Shown here: positions 39,676 to 52,967 of the stretch, in pieces
Layout of the letters: each line of letters starts with the position of its first letter
Numbering within the stretch: position 1 is the first letter of the stretch
Assembly: GCF_006345805.1 (NCBI RefSeq)
Contig: NW_021824850.1
Coordinates: 1 to 64,000, forward strand
Source of the DNA: Octopus sinensis
Taxonomy: Eukaryota
Length of the DNA: 64,000 bases
Direction of reading: 5' to 3'
The notes under the pieces: model-generated
The model's input: the letters and a program-made list of their open reading frames with translations, nothing else
Database searches by the model: none
What the model was told of the DNA's origin: nothing
Translations under genes and position numbers: made by a program

Positions 39676-40027
39676 GTAAGTTGTCAGATGTAAAAATCAA
39701 AGAAATGATTTAGCCGGCACTAACAAATAATGAAGTAGTTTTATTGTAGGTGGAGAGGTGAACATCTAATTGACTAAACTGTTTGTTTAGCTCGTTAGAC
39801 AGATTAGTAACTGAATCACTAATGTTAATGTAGATGGTTTGATGCTAATATATAAGTTTGTATTAGAAGATACGCACATTCATTCACATACGCATCAAAA
39901 GTATTCTCACGGACATACACACACAAACACACATGTATACATACGCACGCACCGCACACGAACACAAGCACATATATGTACACAGACACACACACACACA
40001 CACGAGATATATGTATATATATGCGTG

Positions 40028-40068
<41 letters not shown>

Positions 40069-40139
40069 CTATATATATATATGTATATATATATATGTAT
40101 ATATATGTATATATATATGTATATATATATACATATATG

Positions 40140-40171
<32 letters not shown>

Positions 40172-40763
40172 TACATATATATACACATACATATATATAT
40201 ATACATATATATATATGAGAACATTCAACCTCAGACAGTCGAGACTAACTGACAGACAGATGGTCGGAAAGACTGAGAGACAAAACCAATCGAGAATCTT
40301 CGCTTTGTGAATCTGTATCAATGGCCTTATTAGATTATCGATACAAATTCACGAGTGCCTGCGCACAGACACCTACAAGCATAGTTCCATATATAGTTTC
40401 TCTTCCATTTTCACTTAGTCTCTCGAACAACCCACTCACAAAACCACACACACACACACACACAGAGGCAACCAGCAACGCATTTTACACAATGACGCCT
40501 GGTTGCATTTCTGGTTTGCTAGAAATTCAAATACGCATACGTAAGGACAGCGGAAGAGAATTAAGTAGGTGGAAAGATAGAAAGATGGTCAGATAGAAAC
40601 AAAAGCAAGCAGACTGTTATTAAAACAAAGCTAAAGTGGGAATGAAATAATTTATATTTCTCTCTTCTTTCTTCTTTAATGCACAATGAGAGACACTGTT
40701 TCTCCTTTACATATTTACACTCACAATGAATTACACATCACGTTCTATCAACACACACACACA

Positions 40764-40814
<51 letters not shown>

Positions 40815-40831
40815 AACATACATACACACAT

Positions 40832-40998
40832 ATAGGCGCAGGTGTGGATGTATGGTATGAAGCTTACCTCCCAACCACATGGTTTTGGGCTTAGTCCCAC
40901 TGCATGGAAACTTGGACAAACGTCCTCTAAAATAGCCTCGGACGGACCAAATCTCTGCGAGTAGATTTGTTAGATGGAAACAGAAAGAAACCCGCCGT
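40832..40998 (+). mobile_element. SINE family C 5' half
   Basis: ataggcgcaggtgtgg...gggcttagtcccactgc...ggaaacagaaagaaacccg. Confidence 0.8.
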
Positions 40999-41039
40999 AA
41001 TATATATATATATGTATATGTGTGTGTGTGTGTGATTAT

Positions 41040-41700
41040 ATCTGCAGTTATTACGCCAGACAAACTGCTTAGCGGTATTTCTTCCGACTCATCACGATCT
41101 GAATTCAAACTTTGCCGAAGTCGGCTTTGCCTGTCACCCTTTCGGGGTCAATAAAATAAAGTACCAGGTCAATACAGGGATCGATGTAATTGACTTGCTC
41201 CCTCGTCTCAAAATTGTTGGTCTTGTGCCTTTTTTATCGATCTCGGCGGAATTTGAGAGCAGGGGGTAAAGGCGGACGAAATACCTATTTCTATTTCTTT
41301 ACTACCCACAAGAGGCTAAAAACAGAGGGGACAAACAAGGACAGACAAACGGATTAAGTCGATGATATCGACTCCAGTGCGTAACTGGTACTTATTTAAT
41401 CGACCCCGAAAGGATGAAAGGCAAAGTCGACCTCGGTGGAATTTGAACTCAGAACGTAGTGGCAGACGAAATACCTATTCCTTTACTACCCACAAGGGAC
41501 TAAATACGGAGGGGACGAACAAGGAGAGACAAAGGGATTAAGTCGATTACATCGACTCCAGTGCGTAACTGGTACTTAATTTATCGACCCCGAAAGTATG
41601 AAGGGCAAAGTCGACCTCGAATTTGAACTTAGAACGTAGCGGCAGACAAAATACAGCTACGCATTTCACCCGGCGTGCTAACGTTTCTACCAACCCGCCG
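41040..41700. mobile_element. Tail-to-tail SINE family B pair: + copy at 41040-41230 and multimeric - copy at 41232-41700
   Basis: The minus copy has its head at ~41700, followed by about 2.3 tandem ~190-bp units joined at gacgaaatac|ctatt. Confidence 0.85.
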
Positions 41701-43289
41701 CGATAATAACAATAATAAACACAAAATATGCAGAAGTGGAATTTCTTTTACCAACTCATCCAAACAAACATGAGATGAGGCTAGATTACAAAGAAAATGA
41801 TTCGGATAAAGATTAAATCGTGGTGTGATTAGTTCCAAGGTTACATTAGTAGAGATCTACATCTTTTAAGTAAAGGTCAATCTGGAAACTATTATACTTG
41901 TTCTGAAAACTGTGCACATATGGTGCTATGTATATCACATCATATGTTGCCCTACACACATACACAGGCTTGAAATTTACGGATTTAAGTCTAAACGCTC
42001 AAACAGAAACCAATTTTATTTTTACATGCAACAGTAGAAAGCACTTGGATGTGTAAATACTATTAAACAAAGTCTTCATTTCCAGGTTAATATCATTAAT
42101 AGGATGCTACAGAGTGGTATCATGTTTGTAAGGTCAGTGCTGTTGCTATTTCTACATGAGCTACAGTAAAGGAGGTAAGCTTCCTGCCAGCCGAGGCAAC
42201 GATTCATTGTCAGTAGAATACTTTACGTCATTTCGTTACATTACACCACATTACCTTACACTTCATTTCACTTACGCCAATAATGCACTCGGGATAATGG
42301 TCATGACGTCAGGATATCCACTTTCCCACATGACCCAAAATATAGAAACTTTCATCATTGTCGATTCTGGGTTAAGAACACCTCGGGAGGAACGCATGTA
42401 CTTTTAATTCAATCATTCATTCATCAAAGGTCGATAAAATTACTATCATTATCACTAACCCACTGAATCTAATACTGTGGACTTTAGTTTAAGAAATATT
42501 TGTAACAAATAAAAATATTCCTCGGAATGGAAAATGGCGTAACACTGGAGGCAACTGACTGACGTGTCAAGTCCATAATACCAGTTCACTAATTAAAGTT
42601 CTTAGGAAAACAATGTACCTCACGATATAGTGCAACAGACACATACACATACTTAAGCATAAGAATTTAAAACTAATGCCCCCAGGCCAAAATCAATATT
42701 ATTTTAATATCGAGATGAAAAGAGCACTTGGAGATTTAACACAACGACTCGATTTCAATTCCCATTTGAAGTCACTTTGCTTCCCTTATCGCACTACCAC
42801 TTAAAAGAAAGACATAGACATGAAAGGAAAGAATTTTTATCTGTTACAATGTCTAAGGACCTCCGTTTACATATTGGAAGTCAATATCTGAGAACTTACA
42901 TTTTTCAAAAATAGTTTTTAAAATCCAGAATGTTGATTTTCAAATGATGGCCGAGTGTATATGATATTAAACAATGGTTGACAGAGAAGTTGACGTTCGA
43001 ATCCTTCACAAGTACAGTATTATTTTCTTAGCTAAAACAGCTCTAACGGCCTCTTTACTGTAAGTTGCAATCAGAGAGCAGTGATATTTCATTGTTTTAA
43101 ATGATAAACGAAGAGTGAAATTACGGGCTACTATTTTTTATCTGAACATGTAGGTAACCTTTATCAAAAGATAGACTAAAACGGTGACAAAGATTACATT
43201 CTTAATAGTGCCGCCAAAGATCCGATTCAGTTCTTTATTTATGAAATCAACATTAGTTTCTATAATTTCTAGTTTCACTTTCTTTTTTC

Positions 43290-43740
43290 TTTTACTTTCT
43301 TTTACTTGATTCAGTCATTTGACTGCGGCCATGCTGGAGCACCGCCTTTAGTCGAGCAAATCGACCCCAAGACTTATTCTTTTGTAAGCCTAGTACTTAT
43401 TCTATCGGTCTCTTTTGCCGAACCGCTAGGTTTCGTGGACATGAACACATCAGCATCGGTTGTCAAGCGATTTTGGCGGGACAAACACAGACACACAAAC
43501 ACACACACACACACGCACACACACACACACACACACACCCACATATATATAATATATATATATATACATATACAGGACAGGCTTCCTTCAGTTTCCATCT
43601 ACCAAATCCACTCACAGGGCTTTGGTCGGCCCGATGCTATAGTAGAAGACAATTGCCCAAAGTGCCTCGCACTGGGACTGAACCCGGATCCATGTGGCTG
43701 GTAAGCAAGCTACTTACCACACAGCCACTCCTGCGCCTAT
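43290..43740 (-). mobile_element. SINE family C, full length
   Basis: Head ataggcgcaggagtggctgtgtggtaag, B-box-like ccgggttcagtccc, CORE-like region, internal (CA)n, tail gactgaatcaagtaaaag. Confidence 0.9.
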
Positions 43741-43966
43741 GTACAGATGATTTCAATGAACATCACACATTATATTCCATTAACTCCATAGCACGTGCTT
43801 GCATTGCAACACAATATTTTCTACTTTATGCTTCTGGATTAGACAGTATCATTAAAAATCTTCGCAGTAGATGAAGCACAGAAAGCAAACAACAAGGAAG
43901 ACTAAAGCAAAACAAAACAATAACAAAGCAAAAATTCGCTCATGAGAAAAAGATGTATGTGTGTGG

Positions 43967-43998
<32 letters not shown>

Positions 43999-45288
43999 TA
44001 TGAAGAAACAACATAACTAAGGGAAGTAAAGGAACATCTAGTTAGTATCTTTCCGCTGCGAGACATGCATTTAAATTCTTGATAATATATCTGTAATAAG
44101 CCACAAGAACTCGTTAGTCTTCTTATATAACATATGTAGATATATACACACATATATAAATACATACTGATATGTATAAATATATATACATATATATATA
44201 TATATTTATATATAATATATATACATATAAATATATTATATATATATATATATATTTATACCTATATATATATTTATATATATATTTATATGTATATACA
44301 TATATATATATATATATACATATATATACATATATATATATACATATATATATAGATATATATATATACACACACATATACATATATACACACACACACA
44401 CACACATATACATATATATATACACACACACATATACATATATATATATTTATATATATATATACACACACATATATATTTACATATATATATATATGTG
44501 TGTGTGTGTGTATGTGTGTGTGTGTGTATGTATGAATGTACACATATATGGATACAAACATATATGATAAATATATGATGAATGTCACAATCTATAGTCA
44601 TTTATTACTAATGAAGTGAATGCAAGGGACCTCTGAGGTGAAATTTTATAATATTCTTGTCTCCCTACAACTGACAGATGACTTTTACGATAGATACACA
44701 AACACATTCACTGGCGTGTAATACACAGCAGGTTCCGATATGCATATACATCACTATCTTAATATACACACACCCACATTTATATATATATACACGCACA
44801 CACTTATATATGTGCGTGTGTGTTTCTGTTCCTGTGTATCCTGAAATGTGAATCACCAGTGCTACTTCAAATCTCCGTCTCGTACACACAAACACACAGA
44901 TGCTGAAGACCATGCACAATGTTATACGTGCTGAATGTTTTAGCTCTTACTAGAAATATTTCCTCTGTGTGTGTGTTGTGTGTGTGTATATTATGCATGC
45001 GCGCGTGTGTACCCGTTTACATATGTATATGTGCACATGTATATATGTATTAGTAATATGCTTATATATGTATAGATATTGCCATATATGTGCGTATATT
45101 TCTTTATGTAGGTATATCTTTATACATTCATGCATACATAAATACATATATATGCATATATGTGTGTATATATATATATGTATATGTATATGTATATATT
45201 ATGTATATATATATCTATATATATATATATATATTATATATATTATATATATATATACGTATTCATTTATATATATGTATATGTATAT

Positions 45289-45331
<43 letters not shown>

Positions 45332-45534
45332 GTATGCATTTATATATATGTATATGTATATATTATGTGTGTATATATATATATATACGTATGCATTTAT
45401 ATATATGTATATGTATATATTATGTGTGTATATATATATATATACGTATGCATTTATATAGTGAAGGCGCATGGCTCAGTGGTTATGTATAAATGACCAA
45501 AGGGGTCATTTATATATATACATATATAAAAGAG

Positions 45535-45596
<62 letters not shown>

Positions 45597-45597
45597 A

Positions 45598-46184
45598 TAC
45601 AATCTGATCAATAAGTATCCGGACTATTGCTATAATAACTAAGCTAAAGCTCGGAAATGATTTACCTTCTACTCTGCTGTGTATGTGCACAACTTTTAGC
45701 ATTCTAGCTTATTTTCGCTATTTACAGCAGTGTTTGGAAGGAAGTTGTGTAGCGAGAGATCCTACATTGAACATAACAGAGAAAGCTGAGCAGAGAATCT
45801 GCATTAAATTTTATCAAATGCTTGGCGATATCTTCTGAAAGGCCTACGCAAAAAAATTTTCTAAGAATTTTCATCGCTCACAACACAATCAAGGAGATAT
45901 TGTGCAACTGAGAGCCGAGTGTGTTTTTTAGTCATCTGAATGTTTTCCCGCAAACTTTGAAGACATGCATCTCATGCCCAAATATTCCTATATATGTAGG
46001 AATATAACTATTTTTTTCCCTCTGTCTTCCCTTCTCTAGATCTTTCCTTCTCCTATGTTTCCGACGAAGAGCTCAACTCGAAACGTTAAACCCTCCTTCT
46101 TTCCTGAGCGTCCAATAATACTATATTTGTTCCACGTCCTCGCGTTGTGTTTTTTGGTGTTTTCTTGTTTGGATTAACTTTATA

Positions 46185-46246
<62 letters not shown>

Positions 46247-46740
46247 CTGAACTAAGCAGTAATCTGCACATCTTCTGATAACACACGGATGGTGATTCGA
46301 CGATTTCCCATCACAGTTGCACACACATCTGCCATCGTTTTCTCAGTTCTGCTGGTTGCAGGTCTTTCAAAATTTCATCAAATATCGACATTGTTTTGGG
46401 TCATCTTGGAAACGTCTCAACCACACGTAACCTTGTGTGGGGCTCATACACTCGTCTCCATACACTTTCTGCAACTTTGCGTAAGTATCGCCGTGAAAAC
46501 TTTCTATGTCTTGCGTAGGTATCACCATGACAACTTTCGCTGTCATGTCAATGCGACGATCACACACTGCACACCTGCACACCTTCCTTCCAAGCACTGC
46601 TGTAAACAGCAGATGTGAGCTAGAAAGTAAAAACTTAGTGCGCATGCCCAACAGAAGCCAGGGCCAATCTGTGCCCAGCGCTGTCCCTCTGTGTGACGGA
46701 GTTTCGTTACTATCGCAACAATGGTGATACTTATTGATCA
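45598..46740. mobile_element. Mariner-derived foldback: two transposon left ends facing inward
   Basis: The + copy starts tgatcaataagtatc and leads to EQRICIKF. The - copy starts tgatcaataagtatc at 46740 and encodes GDTYAKLQKVYGDECMSPTQGYVWLRRFQD (mariner HTH). Both share the 5' UTR motif tttacagcagtg.ttggaaggaag.tgtg. Confidence 0.75.
46057..46091 (+). ncRNA. Minimal hammerhead-like motif (core CCGACGA) in a related repeat (46030-46175)
   Basis: GUUU-CCGACGA-A-GAG(CUCAA)CUC-GAAAC-GUU-AAAC. Downstream cctgagcgtcc.ataatac matches the tail of the 11126 family. Confidence 0.5.
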
Positions 46741-46745
46741 AAATA

Positions 46746-46778
<33 letters not shown>

Positions 46779-46795
46779 ATATATATTATATATAT

Positions 46796-46871
<76 letters not shown>

Positions 46872-46909
46872 TTGTATATATACTCTTTTTTATGCTTTTT
46901 ATTTGTTGC

Positions 46910-47218
46910 AGGTATAAACAGTAGCTGCACGACATCGTGAAATATATTTGCCACTTAAATGGGGCTAACCCTTAAGGGTGGATGCTACTGTAGCTTGTAG
47001 CCCCAGGAGGACACCTCCCCCAGCTGGATATTGACACAATTTCTGTGCCCTATCAGTATTTGCAAAGGGAAGCCATCCTTCACAGCTCCATCCTCAATAG
47101 CCAGCTGGAAGATGTGTATTCCTGGGGCTACAAGCTACAGTAGCATCCACCCTTAAGGGTTAGGCACATTCAGATGGCAAATATACTTCACGATGTCGTG
47201 TAGCTACAGTTTATACCT
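46910..47218. mobile_element. MITE-like element with 99-bp terminal inverted repeats
   Basis: 46910-47008 and 47120-47218 are reverse complements. The inner ~45 bp (taacccttaagggtggatgctactgtagcttgtagccccagga) is perfect; non-coding spacer of about 110 bp. Confidence 0.85.
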
Positions 47219-47412
47219 CCTTCAGATATTTATTATTGCTTGTTTACAAACACACACACTCACACATACATACACACACACACACACACACACTTGCACA
47301 CACACACACTCGCACACACACTCGCACACACACTCGCACACACACACACACACTCGGACACACACACTCGCACACACACACACACAAACACACACACATA
47401 TATATACAAATA

Positions 47413-47565
47413 TGCGACGAGCTTCTTTTAGTTTCCGCCAGTCAAATACACTCACAAGGCTTAGGTCGGTACGTGGCTGTAGTAGAAGACACTTGCCCAC
47501 GATAGCACGCAGTGGGACTGAACTTGGAATCATGTGGTTGGTAAGTAAGCCACTTACCACACAGT

Positions 47566-47569
<4 letters not shown>
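47413..47569 (-). mobile_element. SINE family C 5' half
   Basis: Homologous to 43575-43735. Confidence 0.8.
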
Positions 47570-47608
<39 letters not shown>

Positions 47609-47660
47609 CATATAACAATATATATATATAACACCATATATATGTAGGTATATAACTATA

Positions 47661-47930
47661 TCTCTTATTATAAAAGGCAGATTTTATCTGCCTCCCTTTG
47701 TATCTTATAGAAATCTACAATATAGGATTTCTTCAATTACAATTTACCTAGCATTTTTAAGAGTAGAATGCATCGGGTCATGCCAGGTCCAGTTTTTAAA
47801 ATTTCAACCCCAATTAAGCAAAATTTAGAGAAAACTCACATTGTGGTGTATATGTCAAATGTTTTTCTTAGTGTGGGATACAGCACACGCAAACGCACAC
47901 ACACACAAAGGGAGCGAACTGTTTCACTGA
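47661..47930 (+). mobile_element. Non-autonomous Helitron 5' portion (no matching own 3' end seen)
   Basis: a|TCtcttattataaaag start resembles the Helitron TC...ATAAAA 5' end and the start at 48749; followed by a CA repeat. Confidence 0.5.
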
Positions 47931-47977
47931 CGCTATCACCATTCTCCTCCTTTGTCTTTGCAAGTTTGCAGCTATTA

Positions 47978-48640
47978 AAGTGAAAACAGTGAATCCGACA
48001 GCGATTAAGAAAATGAATTGGTACCTGAATGGAGTGAAAATTTAAAAACTGTTTCTTTCGGTGATTTTTCTGAAGAAACTGCACCAAGCCACAGACTTTC
48101 CCAGAAGAGTAAAGCCTTAAACTATTTCTATTTACTTTTTCGAATGAGCCTATTTGAAATCATTACGGCAGAAACGAACCGTTACGCTAAACGTAAACAA
48201 AACGAAAGAAAGGATAGTTTGTTATTTCCCACAACCTTAAATGAAATTAAGGCCTATTTTGCCATAAATATTATTATGGGTATCAGAAAGTTACCCAGAA
48301 TAACAAATTCTATCGTAAAATTTTCTTGTATACCCAATTGAATATTAGCTAATAACCCATTTTCTATAGCGATGTTTGAACAAAATTTTAATAATTTTAT
48401 ATATTGTTGAATTTACCTGTATCTACCTGCAATTAGAGTCACTTTGTGACAAAACTTATAGTATAGAATTGGTTGAGGACATTTCATTAAATTATCTTCC
48501 AAAAATCACATTAATATATTGATAAATAAAAAAGTTATAGTTGTTTAATGAAACCAGACTAAATTTATGATTACGTTAGAAATTAATTGAAACACATAAG
48601 GGGTGTATTTTGGTCAGAAATATAGTAACGAAAGGGTTAA
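47978..48640 (+). mobile_element. piggyBac transposase N-terminal fragment with right end (aaggg|TTAA)
   Basis: ORF 48018-48341 reads ...ALNYFYLLF...FEIITAETNRYA...PTTLNEIKAYFAINIIMGIRKLPRI, the piggyBac/PGBD4 ETNRYA...EIKAF.G..I.MG..KLP motif. Ends aaagggTTAA at 48631-48640. Confidence 0.8.
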
Positions 48641-48748
48641 GAAAAACAAAAAAATATTTTATTCTTTATAAATGTTGTATTCAAAATAACATTTTCTTTT
48701 AAGAATGTGTATATAACAAAGTATGTGTATATAACTACGTGACTTATA

Positions 48749-49125
48749 TCTTTATATATAAAAGTCAAGTTCTGTGTCTGTCTCCTACGATTTAGATTCC
48801 TAACTACTCCCACATTTTGCGGTGCAGTGTAACCAAAACCGGGTATCTTATAGTCGTGAGTCATATCGAGCCCTTCTGGGTATTAGCGCGCGTCTACGAT
48901 GAGTCTACGATTTAAAAAAATTTACCATCATATTTTTCCATTTTAATGCATTTTTTTCGCTATTATATAAGGGAAGTAACTCTATAAAAATATCTACGAT
49001 GTGTCAACGATTTAAAAAGAAATTTACCTTAATTTTTTTTTCCTATTTTTTGGTTATAACTCTCTAAAAATGCTTATATAGTTATTTCCCTTACAAACCC
49101 GAGCAACGCCGGGCGATACTGCTAG
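48749..49125 (+). mobile_element. Non-autonomous Helitron (377 bp)
   Basis: 5' a|TCtttatatataaaag; 3' hairpin cccg-agcaacgc-cggg followed by CTAG|t, i.e. the canonical A/T insertion site. Confidence 0.8.
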
Positions 49126-50112
49126 TATATATATATGTGTGTGTGTGTGTATGTATATACACGCTTTAAGATACATTGATAGATAGAATCATCGGTGGAT
49201 AAATGTACAGATGAAAATGTACGTAAATTGTAGAAATATATAGATTATATCAATATACACACACAAGCATTCACACGAGTATGCAATTATACACTCGTTC
49301 ATACATGCATCCGCATAAACATGCACACACAAACACAAATACGCGCGCGCACACGCATTTATAAATATGTACATGATGTACGAATATATTTATAGATATG
49401 CTTTCATCCTTTCATGCCTCATACATCCGTGTGTACAGATTTACATACAGCCACAGAATACGACTTCAACAAATTAACTGTGGCTAAGTAATTAGTGGAT
49501 ATCTTAACAGCACTTCTCTGAGGGTCGTTTAGATTCGTCTCATCATTTATATAGCATGCATTATCAACGAATCTAAACAGTGAAAAATCATGTCATTTTA
49601 TAAGGTTGCCTTGACAACTCCATGAAGAGAGCGATCATCTTGTCACCATAGTAACTAGATTCTAATCGAATGTTACTGGATGTAAAGGATTTTACAACAC
49701 TGATGGCTTTAGTGACGTGAGAATAGATAACTTCTTTTTCTCTGGTTTTCTTCTTGTTGTTTAATTATTTTTTGTTAGTTTTAATGCATATTTCTTTCCT
49801 TCCTTTCAAACGTTTTCTCTTTATTTCCCATCCGCCATCTTTTTCGCTCTCTCGTTCCTTTTCTTAAGGAGATATTCTCGATGGGCATTTTGTAATGAAT
49901 GCCATACCTTCACAGTTAAACACACGCCCACATGAAGATACACGCACTACACATGCGCACACGACTGCATACGTCTACATACATACGAATGGCTGTGTGG
50001 TTACGAATTTCGCTTTGTAGCCACATGTTTTGCGTTCAGTGCCTTGGGCATGTTATTTTCTAATAAAGATCTGGGCCGGCCAATGCTTTGCGAGGGAATT
50101 TGGTTGACAATG

Positions 50113-50555
50113 TAAGGCGGCGAGCTGGCAGAAACGTTAGCATGCCGTATTTCGTCTGCCGTTACGTTCTGAGTTCAAATTCCACCGAGGTCGGCTTTGC
50201 CTTTCATCCTTCCGAGGTCGACAAATTACGTACCAGTTACGCACTTGGGTCGATGTAATCGACTTAACCCGTCTGTCTGTCCTTGTTTGTCCCCTCCATG
50301 TTTAGCTCATTGTGGGTAATAAAGAAATAGGTATTTCATCTGTCGTTACGTTCTGAGTTCAAATTACGCTGAGGTCGACTTTCATACGTTCTGAGTTCAT
50401 ATGCCACCGAGGTCGGCTTTGCCTTTCATCCTTTCGAGGTCGATTAAATAAGTACCAGTTACGCACTGGGGCCGATATAATCGACTTAATCCGTTTGTCT
50501 GTCCTTGTTTGTCCCCTCTGTGTTTAGCTCCTTGTGAGCAGTGAAGAAATAAGTA
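50113..50555 (+). mobile_element. SINE family B, multimeric
   Basis: Head ggcggcgagctggcagaaacgttagc, then about 2 tandem units joined at aaagaaatag|gtatttc. Confidence 0.9.
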
Positions 50556-52922
50556 ACAGTAAGTACGTATGTATGCATGTATGTATGTATGTATGTATGT
50601 ATGCATGCATGTATGTATGTATGTATATATATATGTATGTATAAAATTATGTATGTAAATGTATATGTGTATACATGCTTGTGCGTGTGTCTGTGTTTAA
50701 CCGTACCCTCAATTGAAAACCACTGTTGGTTTGCTTACCAACAGTGACCGATAAAATAAGTGCCAGAATTAAGTATCAGTACAGCGTTGATTTCTTTGAT
50801 TACATCCTTCGAGGCGATGCCCCAGTATGGCTGAAGTGAAATAAACCCAGCAAAATAGATGGATAATACAGGCGTGGCTGTGTGGTAAGACACTTGCTTC
50901 CTAACCCCATGGATCCGGGTTCAGAGAAAGAGAGAGAGAAAGAGAATGAAAGAGAGAAAGAAAGAGAGAGAAAGAGAGCGTCTGAGTGCCGCTTAGACAT
51001 CACTCACTCTGTGTCTCTCACACACACACACATACATACAAAAATGATGTATGCATATGTATTTATGCATGTACGTATACAAGATAACACATCCCTTCAT
51101 TCACACTCACTCTCTATCTCACTAACAGGCACATACATAAATGCATACAAACGTAGATACAAAAACACACGTGTGCGTATTTGACTGCCTACAAATACAC
51201 AGAGTTGAACAAGGCGCTGTAAAATTAAATAAATAAAAAAATGTTACAGTAATTAACAAAGAGTGCGGGTTCAGGCGAAAGAATGCCCATATTTCTTGGA
51301 CGCCCCGAGTTGAATTGCAAAACTGTAATGTGATACTTGTGTAAAAAAGAAATCAAACCTGTTTTGTGTGTGTATGTGTGTGTTTTTATTACAGAGACAG
51401 TGTATTCGTCTATATTAGAGATACAGTGTGTGTGTTTGTGTGTGTGTGTGAGGGAGAGAGAGAGACACAGAGAGAGAAGGATAGAGACATTACAAACAAT
51501 GAATGAAGTAAACATGAAATGAAAAAATCGTATAAATAAAAGCTCGTTAAAAGCTATCTTTCACCGAATATTTAAATTTGTGAACTTAAAATATTCAATA
51601 ATAAAAGGAAGTTCAGAAAGCAAATTTTCTTGAACACATCAATTTATAAAAGAAAAAATCTCACTTGCTTAGTAAATATTTCTCTCAGTAATTTATCGTA
51701 GTTGTTTGCAAACAGCGAATGAAAACTTGGAGCGAAAACATTAAAAGAGAGAGTGAGACGTCTCGCAAATGGAAACGGAAAATTTCGCCTGCAACGAATT
51801 AATATTGTTTAGGTAGTGGTTACGCCAATACCGCAAGTTGACATTGAGAAACTTTTTTAAAGAAGTGAATCATATATATAGTGCAATATTATTTATTTTT
51901 AATAAAAAAATATACTGAAGACCCTATTATGTATCCGAGGTTAAATTGTTCATGCATCCCAAGTATAGAACGAATTCGCGCAGCCATTTTATCTTGAAAA
52001 GCGAATACTCACACACAAGTCTATTTTGTATAACAGATATACGTTTGTCTGTACGCAAACATAATTGTAAAACCATGTGGGTGGCAATTATGGAGAATGA
52101 ACGCAAGCACGCGCGCGTTGCACACACGCGTGGGCGTGTATGTTTATGAAAGCAAACTCTGAATTCTTTCTATCTATATGTGTATGCGTCTGTCTTTCTG
52201 TCTGTCAGTGAGTCTGTCTGTCAGTGAGTCTGTCTGTCTGTTTGTGTTACTGTTTGCCTGTCTGTCTATCTATCCATGTATCTACACACACACACAAACA
52301 TGCATACATAATATCAAAATTATACAATGGTATTACAAATGTATACAAGGGTAATAAATATGTATAAAATACCATTAAAAAGATGGAAGTGGAACATGGT
52401 TGACTTCAACATAACACACGCACACAAGCACATACACACATACACAAATATACGTGTACATGTGTGCGTACTTGTGCATATATATATATATATATATAAT
52501 ATATATATATATACACACACATAAATATGCATATATGTAGATATATATATATATATATGTATGTACATGTGTCATTTATATTTAATTTTTCCATTATTAT
52601 CATAGTTTTTTTGTTATATATATTTATCCTTCCCATAGAACGCCCGTTAGACCGTTCGGTCTGCAGATCTTGTCTTTATTTTTACTTGTCTCATCATGTT
52701 CTTCGTGGTCTCTCATTCACATCCCAGTAACTTTTGTTTTGACGCCACCAAATTGAACAATATTATCAATAAGGCGTTGATACTGTGATGACTTTTGATG
52801 GGTAACTGATGATGAAGGACCATGTCCATTTCCTTTGTGTGAATTTTTTTCTTTTTACGTATAGTCTTTCGTCGTCCTCCTCTCTCACATTCTACTATCA
52901 CAGTTATGTAATACATACATAC

Positions 52923-52967
<45 letters not shown>

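Noticed and set aside
41232-41700. Regularly spaced repeats superficially like a CRISPR array
   Set aside because: Whole ~190-bp units are repeated with no unique spacers, the context is eukaryotic, and there are no cas genes.
49527-49578. Short hairpin with 12-bp arms, considered as a pre-miRNA
   Set aside because: The stem is too short, the loop pairs poorly, and no recognisable miRNA sequence is present.
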